Positions 10,465 to 20,398 are shown, numbered from the stretch's first letter. The stretch is 64,000 nucleotides of DNA from Bythopirellula sp. (GCA_965216565.1 OZ244170.1:2592001-2656000), one strand, 5' to 3'. Notes: a model not told the origin generated them from the sequence alone. Numbers and translations: made by a program.

Positions 10465-10481
10465 TCGGTACAAGAATTGCC
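10465..10481 (+). promoter_or_regulatory. Sigma54 (-24/-12) promoter of the flgB operon
   Basis: tcGGTACAAGAATTGCc: GG-N10-GC with TTGC, about 45 bp upstream of flgB and directly downstream of a sigma54 activator gene. Confidence 0.75.
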
Positions 10482-10524
10482 AAGGAAAGTTTGAGATCGA
10501 GAGATCAACTAGCGAGGCTCAGTC

Positions 10525-10959
10525 ATGATTTCATCCATGTTCGATTCATCAACCATCCCTGTGCTTGAGCAGGTCGTGAATTTCACGCAGGCTCGACACG
10601 GCGTGTTGGCTGGAAATATCGCAAACCTGGACACTCCTGGCTACAAGACGAGAGATATCTCTCCCGAAGAATTCCAAAGCCGACTGCAAGATGCCATTGA
10701 GACACGCAAGCAGAGTAGTATCTCTCCCACTTATGAAATCAATGCAAAGTTGGCTGGCAGGGATAACGCCCTTGGGGGCGATGGAATGGACAAAGTTCGA
10801 GAATCGATCAAAAGCATTTTGTATCACGACAACAGCGATGTGAGTATTGAGCACCAAGTTGCCGAGATTGGCAAGAACCAGGCACAGCACAATCTGGCAC
10901 TGCAAGTGATGCTCGCCCAGTTCCGATTGCTGCGAGCGGCTATCACAGAACGCGCCTAG
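10525..10959 (+). CDS. flgB: Flagellar basal body rod protein FlgB
   Basis: ARHGVLAGNIANLDTPGYKTRDI and C-terminal DNSDVSIEHQV. Confidence 0.93.
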   Translation: MISSMFDSSTIPVLEQVVNFTQARHGVLAGNIANLDTPGYKTRDISPEEFQSRLQDAIETRKQSSISPTYEINAKLAGRDNALGGDGMDKVRESIKSILYHDNSDVSIEHQVAEIGKNQAQHNLALQVMLAQFRLLRAAITERA

Positions 10960-10978
10960 AGTAGTTCGCTTATTGTTA

Positions 10979-11038
10979 GTAGCTGGATTCGCAAGAATTC
11001 AGAAAACTGGAAGGCTGAATTCTTGCGAATCCAGCTAC
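10979..11038. repeat. GTAG-type REP-like inverted doublet
   Basis: GTAGCTGGATTCGCAAGAATTCAG (10979-11002) and its exact reverse complement (11015-11038), 12-nt spacer. Confidence 0.85.
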
Positions 11039-11077
11039 AGAAATACATTTTATTAGTGGCGAAAGGAGGCAATTCAC

Positions 11078-11488
11078 ATGTTTAGTGCATTTGACGTCAG
11101 CACCAGCGCATTGGTTGCCCAACGGACCCGGCTTGATGTGATTTCCTCGAATCTGGCCAATATGTCGACAACTCGCAATGAACGAGGTGAGCCCGAAGCG
11201 TACACACCTCGCTATGTAACATTCGAAACCGATACCAGTTTGGAAACTAACGGAGGCGGCAACGGTGTGAAGGTTGCCAGCGTGGAATATTCGCAAGAAC
11301 AACCCAGCATGAAATACGAGCCCGGTCATCCAGATGCCGACGAAAACGGCTACGTGGCCTACCCCAACATCGATATGACGACCGAGTTCGTCGATGCCTT
11401 GGGAGCTACCAGGGCCTACGAAGCAAACATTGGTGTCATCGAGATCACCAAAGATCTCGGCCAACAAACACTACAAATTCTCGCTTAA
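11078..11488 (+). CDS. flgC: Flagellar basal body rod protein FlgC
   Basis: AQRTRLDVISSNLAN, YEPGHPDA..GYVAYPNID, ATRAYEAN. Confidence 0.96.
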   Translation: MFSAFDVSTSALVAQRTRLDVISSNLANMSTTRNERGEPEAYTPRYVTFETDTSLETNGGGNGVKVASVEYSQEQPSMKYEPGHPDADENGYVAYPNIDMTTEFVDALGATRAYEANIGVIEITKDLGQQTLQILA

Positions 11489-11621
11489 TAATTTTGGAGC
11501 AAATATAGTTGACGTTGTTCGCGGCGTTGGGGGGCCAACGCAGGTAAGACAAATAATTACCAACCACTCGTGTATCGACTGACCAGCAGTCTAATCCGAG
11601 TTGGTCCCCAGGAAACGCGTC

Positions 11622-11927
11622 ATGAACACAATTCAAAATACTTACCCGAACCTACAACCACTTTCCACAGAGCTGTCGCCCTCGAATGTCCAGCAGGGTG
11701 ACGAAGCGTCGTTCAAGAACTTTCTGCTCGATTCGATTCAGGAAGTCAATACGATGCAACACGACGCCGACTCGGCCGTAGAAGCATTGATGACCGGTAC
11801 CGGGGAAGCCGACCCGGCCGAGGTTTTGACGGCAGTCCAAAAAGCTGACATGGCCTTCCGGCTGATGTTGCAAATGCGAAATAAGATGATGCAGGTTTAT
11901 CAAGAAGTACGTGATATTCGAATTTAG
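11622..11927 (+). CDS. fliE: Flagellar hook-basal body protein FliE
   Basis: SFKNFLLDSIQEVN ... EVLTAVQKADMAFRLMLQMRNKMMQVYQEV. Confidence 0.95.
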   Translation: MNTIQNTYPNLQPLSTELSPSNVQQGDEASFKNFLLDSIQEVNTMQHDADSAVEALMTGTGEADPAEVLTAVQKADMAFRLMLQMRNKMMQVYQEVRDIRI

Positions 11928-11979
11928 ATCAGAAGCTCGGCGATGCCGAGATTAGCAAATAACCAAGAGTGGTCCACGG

Positions 11980-13653
11980 ATGGATTTCTTAAATCAGTCG
12001 CTCGCACAAACTCGCGAGCTATTTCAGTCGATGACGCCTGCCGGCAGAGTAACAGCTCTGCTTTTGATGGGTGTGATCGTCATCAGCATGGGCTACCTAT
12101 TCCAGCATCATTCTGCTGGTCCAGATGAGTTTTTGTTTAACGGAACCTATCTGCCCGCGACCGATGCCGATCGGGCCGAGGCGGCCATCGCCCAAGCGGG
12201 ACTAGGTGATTACCAGAGAATTGGAAATCGCATCCAGGTACCCAAAGGTCAGAAGGCTGAATATCTAGCAGCGGTGGCGGATGCAGGGGCTTTGCCTACC
12301 AACTTTCATAGCTTGCTCGAAGACGCTCTGAATCTGGGAGCCTTTGTCGATCCCGAAACACGACGCCAACGCATGAAGGCGGCACGGGAGCAGCAGCTTT
12401 CGATGATTGTCCGATCGATGCACGGCATTGAGCAGGCGCAAGTGATCTACGATTTCCGCGAGCCGCGCGGCCTGTCGCGTACCGGACAAGTGACGGCGAC
12501 CGTCAGCGTAGAGCCATCACCTGGCGAACCGCTCGATCCCCGCACCGCGAAGATGATCAAAAAAGCCGTGGCCGGCGCGATCGTAGGCCTTAGTCAAGAC
12601 AAGGTGACCATTGCTAATCTAGGTGATGGCAGCATCCTTGAGAGTGGCGAGGGCTTTGGGGATTTATTTGATGATCCTTACTACCAGCATCGGTTGGCCT
12701 ACGAAAAGTACATGAAGGGTAGCATCGAGAACTTGCTTACCTACATTCCCGGCATTCGGGTTGAAGTGAGTGCTGAACTCGACAAAGCCATCCAAGAGGA
12801 AACCCGCACTAGTGAGCCCGCTGGTGAACCAGTCACTATCCATGAACAAACGCGCGTGACCGATTCGCAGCAGTCGAAGATCGCCCCCGGGGGTCGCGTC
12901 GGTTTGACTGCCCAAGGGCCTTCTCGCAGCAATGAGCAGGAAACCAGTAGCCAACTCGTCGACAAGACGACAGATGAAACTAGAGAAACACAAAACCGGA
13001 GCGGGACGAAAGAAAGCTTTTTGCGTAGTAGCGGATTGGTACCGGAAAACGTTCGTGCAAGTATCGCAGTTCCCAGGGACTACTTGGTTGACGTTTGGCG
13101 GGAGAGGCAGCGGCGACTGGGAGAAGACGTATCGGGTGATCTGCCGATCGACATCGACACGCAGCTCCAAGGCATTCAGACAAACATCACAGACGATATC
13201 AGTGCGGTTGTCGCTCAGCTATTGCCTAAGCATTTAGCAGAAGACCGCATCCAGTATGTCAGTGTGACCTTCTTCGAGACCTTGCCCACCGATCCGATTC
13301 CGAGCCCTTCCACTGCAAACGTCGCCATGGCCTGGGCCAGCGACAACTTTAGCACAATGACGATGGCAGCAATCGCGATTGCCGGACTTCTGATGCTTCG
13401 TTCCTTGGTCAAGGGAATACCTCCCGCCGAGCCTGTGACTTCGGTGGCAGGACCGACGTTGTCCATCAACCTGGGCGATCAAGATGCTCCCACCGGTGGA
13501 ATTGCGGACCAGAATCCTTCCGAGGAAGCCGAGCGTCCCAAGCTGAAGCTCAAGAAGGGGTCGGACCTGAAAGATGAATTGACCGACATTGTTCGCGAAG
13601 ATCCAGATGCAGCGGCCGCTATTTTGCGTGGTTGGATTAACAACGCCGGATAG
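11980..13653 (+). CDS. fliF: Flagellar MS-ring protein FliF
   Basis: Two TM helices flanking a periplasmic region, C-terminal VREDPDAAAAILRGWI, position between fliE and fliG. Confidence 0.9.
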   Translation: MDFLNQSLAQTRELFQSMTPAGRVTALLLMGVIVISMGYLFQHHSAGPDEFLFNGTYLPATDADRAEAAIAQAGLGDYQRIGNRIQVPKGQKAEYLAAVADAGALPTNFHSLLEDALNLGAFVDPETRRQRMKAAREQQLSMIVRSMHGIEQAQVIYDFREPRGLSRTGQVTATVSVEPSPGEPLDPRTAKMIKKAVAGAIVGLSQDKVTIANLGDGSILESGEGFGDLFDDPYYQHRLAYEKYMKGSIENLLTYIPGIRVEVSAELDKAIQEETRTSEPAGEPVTIHEQTRVTDSQQSKIAPGGRVGLTAQGPSRSNEQETSSQLVDKTTDETRETQNRSGTKESFLRSSGLVPENVRASIAVPRDYLVDVWRERQRRLGEDVSGDLPIDIDTQLQGIQTNITDDISAVVAQLLPKHLAEDRIQYVSVTFFETLPTDPIPSPSTANVAMAWASDNFSTMTMAAIAIAGLLMLRSLVKGIPPAEPVTSVAGPTLSINLGDQDAPTGGIADQNPSEEAERPKLKLKKGSDLKDELTDIVREDPDAAAAILRGWINNAG

Positions 13654-13679
13654 AAACAAGAAATAGGACAACACTGTAT

Positions 13680-14783
13680 ATGACATTCCCTAACACAGCA
13701 CGACTATCACCGAGCATCCGCAAGGCGGCCGTCTTCCTGCTTAGCTTGGAAGAAGGACTCGCGGAGCACATGCTGCGAGAAATGCCGGAGGCCGATGCGC
13801 AGGCAGTTCGTACAGCCATGTTGCAACTGGAAGACTGCGACGCAGTAGAACAACAAGAAGTGATGGCCGATTTCCGCCGCAACCAACAGGCAGCTTCCCA
13901 GCCAGTCGACTCAGGGGTTGAGCTAGATGCATCGTTACTGGCACATATCGAGCAGCAGACCGACACGTTACCTGAGGTCACAGAGCATGACCCTCTAGCG
14001 CAAATCAGCGATCAAGAAGCAGCAACCATTGCCGAGACCCTCTCTCGTGAACATCCGCAGACGGTAGCTCTGGTGATATCGCGGTTGCAACATCAAACGG
14101 CAGCTTCAATTCTTCCTCGACTCTCCGCCAATTTGCAAGACGAAGTTCTCTGTCGATTGGCGGAACTAGATCCTGCGGATCAATCGAGTGTAGCTGTGGT
14201 CGAATCGCAATTAGTTGCTTGGGTTAACGAGCATCGCCGCAAGGAGGAGCGTTTGGCCCATGGCTCGGAGCTTGTCCAAAAACTGCTCCAGAATACTTCG
14301 GCCAGTGATCGCCACGTAATCGTTGGTCGAATATCTCGTGATAACCCTCGCATGGCTCAAATATTCGGCACGGGGACAGAACCCGCACCGCCAACAGTCT
14401 CTAGCTCAGAGCCGTCCTTTGCCCAGCCAAGCTCGGGTTCGCCTTCCCCCCCACCACGTAGAAAAATATTGAAGCCCGCGGTTCCGCAAGTAGCAATTGA
14501 TACGGACGCGTTTGGCGAAACCAATCCTCTGAGCGAACTCGAAGAGTTAGACGACGCCACATTGATGGCCGTTCTTTCCGAGGCGGATCGCAACGTCGTC
14601 ACAATCGCTCTGGCTGGAGCGAGCGAGTCTTTGTTGAAGCGCGTCCTCAAGCGGTTGCCTAAATCCCAAGCCAAGAAGTATCGCAGTCAATTCAGAAACA
14701 TAGGCCCCACTCGGCTCAGTGACATGCTTGCCGCGCAGCAGCAACTGGCACACTTTGCCCAAGGCATGAAAGGCACAGTTTAG
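13680..14783 (+). CDS. fliG: FliG-family motor switch protein (divergent)
   Basis: RKAAVFLLSL, REHPQTVALVIS (EHPQ motif), GPTRLSDMLAAQQ. Confidence 0.85.
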   Translation: MTFPNTARLSPSIRKAAVFLLSLEEGLAEHMLREMPEADAQAVRTAMLQLEDCDAVEQQEVMADFRRNQQAASQPVDSGVELDASLLAHIEQQTDTLPEVTEHDPLAQISDQEAATIAETLSREHPQTVALVISRLQHQTAASILPRLSANLQDEVLCRLAELDPADQSSVAVVESQLVAWVNEHRRKEERLAHGSELVQKLLQNTSASDRHVIVGRISRDNPRMAQIFGTGTEPAPPTVSSSEPSFAQPSSGSPSPPPRRKILKPAVPQVAIDTDAFGETNPLSELEELDDATLMAVLSEADRNVVTIALAGASESLLKRVLKRLPKSQAKKYRSQFRNIGPTRLSDMLAAQQQLAHFAQGMKGTV

Positions 14784-14843
14784 AGATAGCAGCGAATCCC
14801 ACCGTCGAAACAACCTCGCTCTTTTTCAATCTCCAGAATACTC

Positions 14844-15509
14844 ATGGCCACGATCATCAAAAAAGATTCTGAGTTCTACCCAAGCGGCAAACGCTTGAGC
14901 GTGATGGCCCTAGATATGGTCGATGTGGAAGGTCAGGTCGATCAGTACATCGAGCAGGTGCAGGCTCAGGCTGCCGAGATCGTTCAGAAGGCACAACAGG
15001 AAGCAGACACCATTCGCGCCCAGTCTGAACAGGCTGGACGCACTGCTGCAGAAGCCGCCATCGATCGGATTCTTGAGAAGAAGGTGGCCAAACAAATGCA
15101 AACACTGACTCCGGCTTTGCAGGCAGCCGTGAAGCAGATAGAAGACTCGCGGCAAGAATGGCTGCAGACCTGGGAAACGCGCACATTGCAACTTGCGTGT
15201 GCAATCGCCCAAAAGATTGTTCGTCGCGAACTACAGAACGAGCCCGAGTTGCCGCTGCAATGGATCTCCGAATCGCTCAAGCTTTGTGGCAAGGCCGCTG
15301 AGATCTTAGTGAGACTTCACCCCACCGATCATACGACGCTGGGCAACCAGGTCGCGGAGCTAGCCAACCAGTTTGCACCGGCTGCTGAAACCAAGATCAT
15401 CGCCGATCCCAATCTCTCGCCGGGGGGATGCAAGGTGGAAACAGAATTTGGTTCGATCGATCAACAAATCGAAACCCAACTTGAACGAATTATCCAAGAG
15501 ATGCAGTAG
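14844..15509 (+). CDS. fliH: Flagellar assembly protein FliH
   Basis: LACAIAQKIVRREL, VRLHPTD, ADPNLSPGGCKVETEFGSID. Confidence 0.92.
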   Translation: MATIIKKDSEFYPSGKRLSVMALDMVDVEGQVDQYIEQVQAQAAEIVQKAQQEADTIRAQSEQAGRTAAEAAIDRILEKKVAKQMQTLTPALQAAVKQIEDSRQEWLQTWETRTLQLACAIAQKIVRRELQNEPELPLQWISESLKLCGKAAEILVRLHPTDHTTLGNQVAELANQFAPAAETKIIADPNLSPGGCKVETEFGSIDQQIETQLERIIQEMQ

Positions 15510-15539
15510 TCGCTGCAAGAATCTAGTAACCCTGAAACA

Positions 15540-16931
15540 ATGCCTGAATCTCAACTACCAAAACACGTGCAGAGTGCCATGCTAGCCGGACTCACCGGAA
15601 GCGTGGTGCAAACCACTGGATTGACTGCATCGGTTGCCGGTTTTGCAGCGCCGGTCGGTGCGTTGGTAAGTATCGAGCGTCAGTCGGGCGAGGGTATCGA
15701 AGCAGAAGTCATTGGATTCAAGGACGAACACACATTGGTCATGCCGCTCAGCAATCTGGAAGGCATCCGGCGCGGCTCGCCCGTGAAATTAGTACGCACA
15801 TCGCGAACGCTCCGAGTAGGCGAAGGCCTGATAGGCCGTGTCGTGGACGCTCGTGGGCGAAGCATCGATGGGCGACCACAGCCCATGCTCAGCGAACGAG
15901 TACCCCTCGAGCAGAAACCAATTTCGCCGACACTCAGACCGCGCATCGTAGAGCCTTTGGGTACCGGAGTAAAAGCCATCGACGGCATGCTCACGTGTGG
16001 CCAGGGCCAGAGAATCGGAATTTTCGCTGGCTCCGGCGTCGGCAAGAGTGTGCTGTTGGGAATGATGGGGCGCAATACTAGCGCTGACATCACCGTGATT
16101 GCCCTAATCGGCGAACGGGGTCGGGAAGTGAACGACTTTATCCAACGTGAACTTGGCCCCGAGGGGCTTCAAAAGTCCGTAGTCGTAGTCGCGACAAGCA
16201 ATGAGCCGGCACTCTTGAAGGTGCAAGCAGCTTACACGGCGACAGCCATTGCCGAGTATTTTTCTGACCGTGGCAAAAACGTGCTCTTGCTTATGGACTC
16301 GGTGACGCGTTTTGCTATGGCGCAGCGGGAAATCGGATTATCGGCTGGCGAGCCACCCACGACGCGCGGATATCCGCCGTCGATGTTTTCGTCATTGCCA
16401 AAGCTGGTTGAAAGAGCAGGACGAACTCCCACGGGGAGCATTACCGCCTTCTATTCCGTACTCGTCGAGGGCGATGATGAAAATGAGCCTGTCGCCGATA
16501 CCATACGCGGGCTGCTAGATGGTCATGTCTGGTTATCTCGCCGCTTGGCAACGAAGGGACATTTTCCAGCAATCGACGTGCTGGCAAGTATCAGCCGGCT
16601 CATGAACGAAGTGGCTGATCCCCAGCACCTCGAAAGTGCAAAGCTCATACGCCGACTGTTGTCGGTACTGGCCGAGAACGAAGATTTGCTCGCCATTGGT
16701 GCCTACCGAAAAGGCACCAATCGAGAAATCGACGTGGCGGTAGCAATCCAGAGCGAGATCAATGCCGTTTTGACGCAGTCCACTTCCGAGGCCTCCACGC
16801 CAGAAGACACAGCCGCAAAGATAAATGCCATCGCTCAGAGATGTGCGCCCTTGTTGACAACCACATCACCAGCAGCCCCAGCAGCGGCCGCGACAGCAGA
16901 TACGCAACCCTCAGCAAACATCCAGCAATAG
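15540..16931 (+). CDS. fliI: Flagellum-specific ATPase FliI
   Basis: GQRIGIFAGSGVGKS, LIGERGREV, MDSVTRFAMAQREIGL, GEPPTTRGYPPS. Confidence 0.97.
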   Translation: MPESQLPKHVQSAMLAGLTGSVVQTTGLTASVAGFAAPVGALVSIERQSGEGIEAEVIGFKDEHTLVMPLSNLEGIRRGSPVKLVRTSRTLRVGEGLIGRVVDARGRSIDGRPQPMLSERVPLEQKPISPTLRPRIVEPLGTGVKAIDGMLTCGQGQRIGIFAGSGVGKSVLLGMMGRNTSADITVIALIGERGREVNDFIQRELGPEGLQKSVVVVATSNEPALLKVQAAYTATAIAEYFSDRGKNVLLLMDSVTRFAMAQREIGLSAGEPPTTRGYPPSMFSSLPKLVERAGRTPTGSITAFYSVLVEGDDENEPVADTIRGLLDGHVWLSRRLATKGHFPAIDVLASISRLMNEVADPQHLESAKLIRRLLSVLAENEDLLAIGAYRKGTNREIDVAVAIQSEINAVLTQSTSEASTPEDTAAKINAIAQRCAPLLTTTSPAAPAAAATADTQPSANIQQ

Positions 16932-16955
16932 AAAAAAACGAATCACCTGCAAGCC

Positions 16956-17402
16956 ATGGCAAAGTTTCAATTTCGATTGGAGACGCTTAGAAAAATCAGA
17001 ATGGCCCACCGAGACGAAGTTCGAGCCAAACTGGCGGATGCTTTCCAGGCCGCCCAATTGCTCGAACAACGACGGCAAGCCATCGCAGAAGAGATTGCCG
17101 CAACGCAAGTGTTTCAGCGCGAGGCAGCAACTCGAAAGCAGTCCGATGTAAACAGTTTAATGGAAAGTCAACGCTACCAAGCAGTTTTACGATCCGAGCA
17201 ACAAACAATTCAGCAACAGGGCGAACAATTAGAAGTTGAAATAGAGAAGCGAAGGTTAGTTGTCGTCGAGGCGGATCGTGAAGTCCGCGTGCTCGACAAG
17301 CTCGAAGAGCGCCAACTAAGCCAACACAAACAACAACAAACTAGAACCGAGAACAAGGTGCTCGACGAAATCGCATCCCAACGGTTTAAGAATAAGCAGT
17401 AA
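16956..17402 (+). CDS. fliJ: Flagellar export protein FliJ
   Basis: FQFRLETLRKIR N-terminus, coiled coil, ADREVRVLDKLEE, ENKVLDEIA. Confidence 0.9.
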   Translation: MAKFQFRLETLRKIRMAHRDEVRAKLADAFQAAQLLEQRRQAIAEEIAATQVFQREAATRKQSDVNSLMESQRYQAVLRSEQQTIQQQGEQLEVEIEKRRLVVVEADREVRVLDKLEERQLSQHKQQQTRTENKVLDEIASQRFKNKQ

Positions 17403-17410
17403 GAGCTGAC

Positions 17411-18097
17411 ATGATACGCATACTGTTTCCACTCATTGGATTCTTGTGCACTGCAACGGTGATCACACTGTTTGCCGGCTTTGGGTACTTGCGCAATTCT
17501 GGAATGCTGGATGACGAGAAGATGTTCCGCATCGTTTCGATGCTGCACGGAGTCGATTTGGAAGAAATCGCCGAGAAGCACCACAAGACAGAGGCCGACA
17601 TCCCAGCGGAAGAAACCTCCTACCAGCAGGAACTTGAGTATGGCCAGATCGCCAGACTCAATTTGCAGGCAAAGCAAGATGACTTGGAGAAGAACATTCT
17701 CGTTTTCCGCGATCTAAAAACCACGGTCAGTGTCAACATGGCTCACTACCAAGCCCTCAAGGGCGAGGTCGAACAATATCTGAAAGAACGAGAAGAGAAG
17801 GCGCGTCAAACAGGATTGCAGGCGGTACGTCAGCAGGTCGAAAGTTTAGTTGCGAAAAAACAAGCGAAACCACTGCTCGTGGGCTGGCTGAGCGAGGGTC
17901 GTATCGACGACGTGATTCTCATCCTCAACGGAATCTCGCAACGGAGCCGACGCGCGATCATCCAAACTTTTGATACCCCCGAAGATGTGCAGATGTTGAA
18001 AAAGATCTACGAGCAAATGCTAAGTGGGCATCCTGAGAAAACCTTCATCGAAGAGAAACTCCAAGACCTTAAGAAACTAAACCAACAAGATCTCTAA
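17411..18097 (+). CDS. Membrane-anchored coiled-coil protein (FlbB/YlxF/MotE-like by position)
   Basis: N-terminal TM, coiled coil, C-terminal short helical repeats; lies between fliJ and fliK. Confidence 0.5.
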   Translation: MIRILFPLIGFLCTATVITLFAGFGYLRNSGMLDDEKMFRIVSMLHGVDLEEIAEKHHKTEADIPAEETSYQQELEYGQIARLNLQAKQDDLEKNILVFRDLKTTVSVNMAHYQALKGEVEQYLKEREEKARQTGLQAVRQQVESLVAKKQAKPLLVGWLSEGRIDDVILILNGISQRSRRAIIQTFDTPEDVQMLKKIYEQMLSGHPEKTFIEEKLQDLKKLNQQDL

Positions 18098-18117
18098 GCA
18101 TAACTAGGGGCTCACGG

Positions 18118-19599
18118 ATGAGCACTTCCATATCACCATTGCTACAGATTGCTGCTCCCCAGCAGGCTTCCAAGTCGAACCTGACCGAGAACGGCCCAGG
18201 CAACGACTTTGAAAATCTGCTGGCGGAAGCTAGTGATTCGGCAAAGGCATCAACGGAGCACTCCCGAAATGTATCCCGCAGTTCCTCAGCCAACGAGCTA
18301 GCCAAAGACAAACACCGGGAAGAGGAAACCTCTCAGTCCGATCGAGAAGAACTACAGCCCAACGAAGCTGTGGCCAACAGTGAACTTTCGGCGGAAGACG
18401 AATCGCTCGCGGAGGATTCGGTCGAACTCTCCGAGGCAGCCGCCATCTTGCAAGATTTGTCCTCCAATGAAGAGACCGTCATTTTTCAGGCCGCCGCGAC
18501 CGGCAGCTTCGAAGCAGAGGTACTGCATGTCATAGCCGCTGAGTATACTCCCAACGCACAAATCGCTCCCCCTCTCCTCTCACCGGCCGTGGAGGGCGGA
18601 CTAGCTCCGGAGCAGCAGGCCGAAGCAGTCCTGCAAACGGGACTGGGCGAATTGACAGAGGCGACTGCGGCCCTTCACGCTTCCGGATTAGCATCGGAGG
18701 CAGTGGCCACGGCAGACGTTCAGGCAATCTCTCCGATCGAAGGTAATCCACTTGCAGGTGATACCAACAATCAAGAACAAGGCAACAAGCCGCAACCTCA
18801 AGCGGCAGTTGAGGAATTATCTGAGGCTTCGGCTCTAGTTGAGCAAAGTGAAGGCGACGCTCTTCAGCCAAACGCAGAATTGCCAAATTCAGATCAGCCG
18901 TCGAAAGGCTCCGAGCCTACGCACGGGGCGACAACCCATCAATCAGAAGTCGCCGATTCCTCTGCGCAAGTGCAGCATTCTATCGAACAAATTCCGCGGG
19001 TCGAGGTCGCCACTGCTGAGACGGCACCTCCCCCGGATAGCTCCGCCAGCCAAGTTGAGGCCCCAGTCGCTAAGGCACCGGAAATACTTGGCAATGCACA
19101 AGCCGAAGGCCCAGCTAATGTCACCGCCGAACCGGAGCCGGTTCCAACTACAGATCGCTATCGGTTTGTGCAACGAGTGAGTCGGGCATTTCAATCGGCG
19201 AAGTCGAATGCTGGTGAAATCCAATTGAAACTCAGCCCTCCGGAACTCGGCACATTAAAATTAGCCATCTCTGTCGAGCAGGGAGTCGTTTCGGCCAAGG
19301 TGGAAACCGAAACAGCCGCGGCGCGAAATATCTTGCTCGACAATTTGCCGGCGTTGCGTGAAAGACTAGCGGAGCAGGACATCCGTGTTGAGAAGTTCGA
19401 TGTGGATGTTGGCCGCGATGGCGAACAGGCCGACCAGCAAAGTCGCTTCGACAACGAGGATCGGCAGCACGATCGTCCCGCGCAGCAAGATGGCACTGGC
19501 ACGAACGCAGTAGCCTCGAGCTCACAGAACGCCGCTGAAGAGTCGGGCCCCGAGCAAACACAGATTCAAACCAGCGACAGTTTAGACGTCAGTATTTAA
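18118..19599 (+). CDS. fliK: Flagellar hook-length control protein FliK
   Basis: Long low-complexity N-terminus, C-terminal IQLKLSPPELGTL ... LPALRERLAEQDI. Confidence 0.92.
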   Translation: MSTSISPLLQIAAPQQASKSNLTENGPGNDFENLLAEASDSAKASTEHSRNVSRSSSANELAKDKHREEETSQSDREELQPNEAVANSELSAEDESLAEDSVELSEAAAILQDLSSNEETVIFQAAATGSFEAEVLHVIAAEYTPNAQIAPPLLSPAVEGGLAPEQQAEAVLQTGLGELTEATAALHASGLASEAVATADVQAISPIEGNPLAGDTNNQEQGNKPQPQAAVEELSEASALVEQSEGDALQPNAELPNSDQPSKGSEPTHGATTHQSEVADSSAQVQHSIEQIPRVEVATAETAPPPDSSASQVEAPVAKAPEILGNAQAEGPANVTAEPEPVPTTDRYRFVQRVSRAFQSAKSNAGEIQLKLSPPELGTLKLAISVEQGVVSAKVETETAAARNILLDNLPALRERLAEQDIRVEKFDVDVGRDGEQADQQSRFDNEDRQHDRPAQQDGTGTNAVASSSQNAAEESGPEQTQIQTSDSLDVSI

Positions 19600-19642
19600 G
19601 ACAACCATTCCTCAGATTACATCCTGAGCAGGAACTAGCCAG

Positions 19643-20398
19643 ATGACACAGATAAGCAATGTCCTCGCTGCGAACAACCAGCCCTCTGGTGCCGGCAGCG
19701 CACTAAATGACGTGGATCTGGATGATTTTCTCAATCTCATGATTGCGGAATTGCAGAACCAGGACCCCCTAAATCCGTTGGAAAACGACGAACTCATAGC
19801 CCAGATCAGCCAGATTCGTGAGGTGGGAGCAACCGAGAATCTTACTCAAACGCTCAATGCCGTGTTGCTAGGACAGAACATTTCCAGCGCCACGAACTTG
19901 ATTGGTGCAGACGTGGTCGCATTGAACGATGTTGGTCAACGCGTATCCGGCAACGTGCGGGTAGTGACTATCGTCGACGGCCAACCGCAACTCGACTTGG
20001 CAATTGACCCTTCGGCCACGGTTCCCGAACAGGAAGGTGGAATCGAGGAAGGCGAATACGCTTACGAAGTGGTTTGGGAAGGCGACGAAGGCGGACTGTT
20101 TGGAGTGGAAATCGGCGCTTCGACTTCGGGTGCCTCCGACTTTGGCGGTGCGATTCAACTCAACAACCTGCCCGAAACCTCGACCCAGAAAACGATCTAC
20201 CGCACAGATAAGACTGGTACCGGCGATCGTAAAAAAGTGGGTAACGTCGCAGGCCGATCGACAACATTTGTGGATACGGTGGCCGACAAAGATCGAATTG
20301 GCCTGGCACATACGCGACAGGTGACCCCGGTCCAGTTCGCCGGTTTGGAAAGAGTATTGCTCAGCAACGTAGGCGAGATTCGTCCGCCGGCTGAATAG
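19643..20398 (+). CDS. flgD: Flagellar hook capping protein FlgD
   Basis: DDFLNLMIAELQNQDPLNPLENDELIAQISQ. Confidence 0.93.
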   Translation: MTQISNVLAANNQPSGAGSALNDVDLDDFLNLMIAELQNQDPLNPLENDELIAQISQIREVGATENLTQTLNAVLLGQNISSATNLIGADVVALNDVGQRVSGNVRVVTIVDGQPQLDLAIDPSATVPEQEGGIEEGEYAYEVVWEGDEGGLFGVEIGASTSGASDFGGAIQLNNLPETSTQKTIYRTDKTGTGDRKKVGNVAGRSTTFVDTVADKDRIGLAHTRQVTPVQFAGLERVLLSNVGEIRPPAE

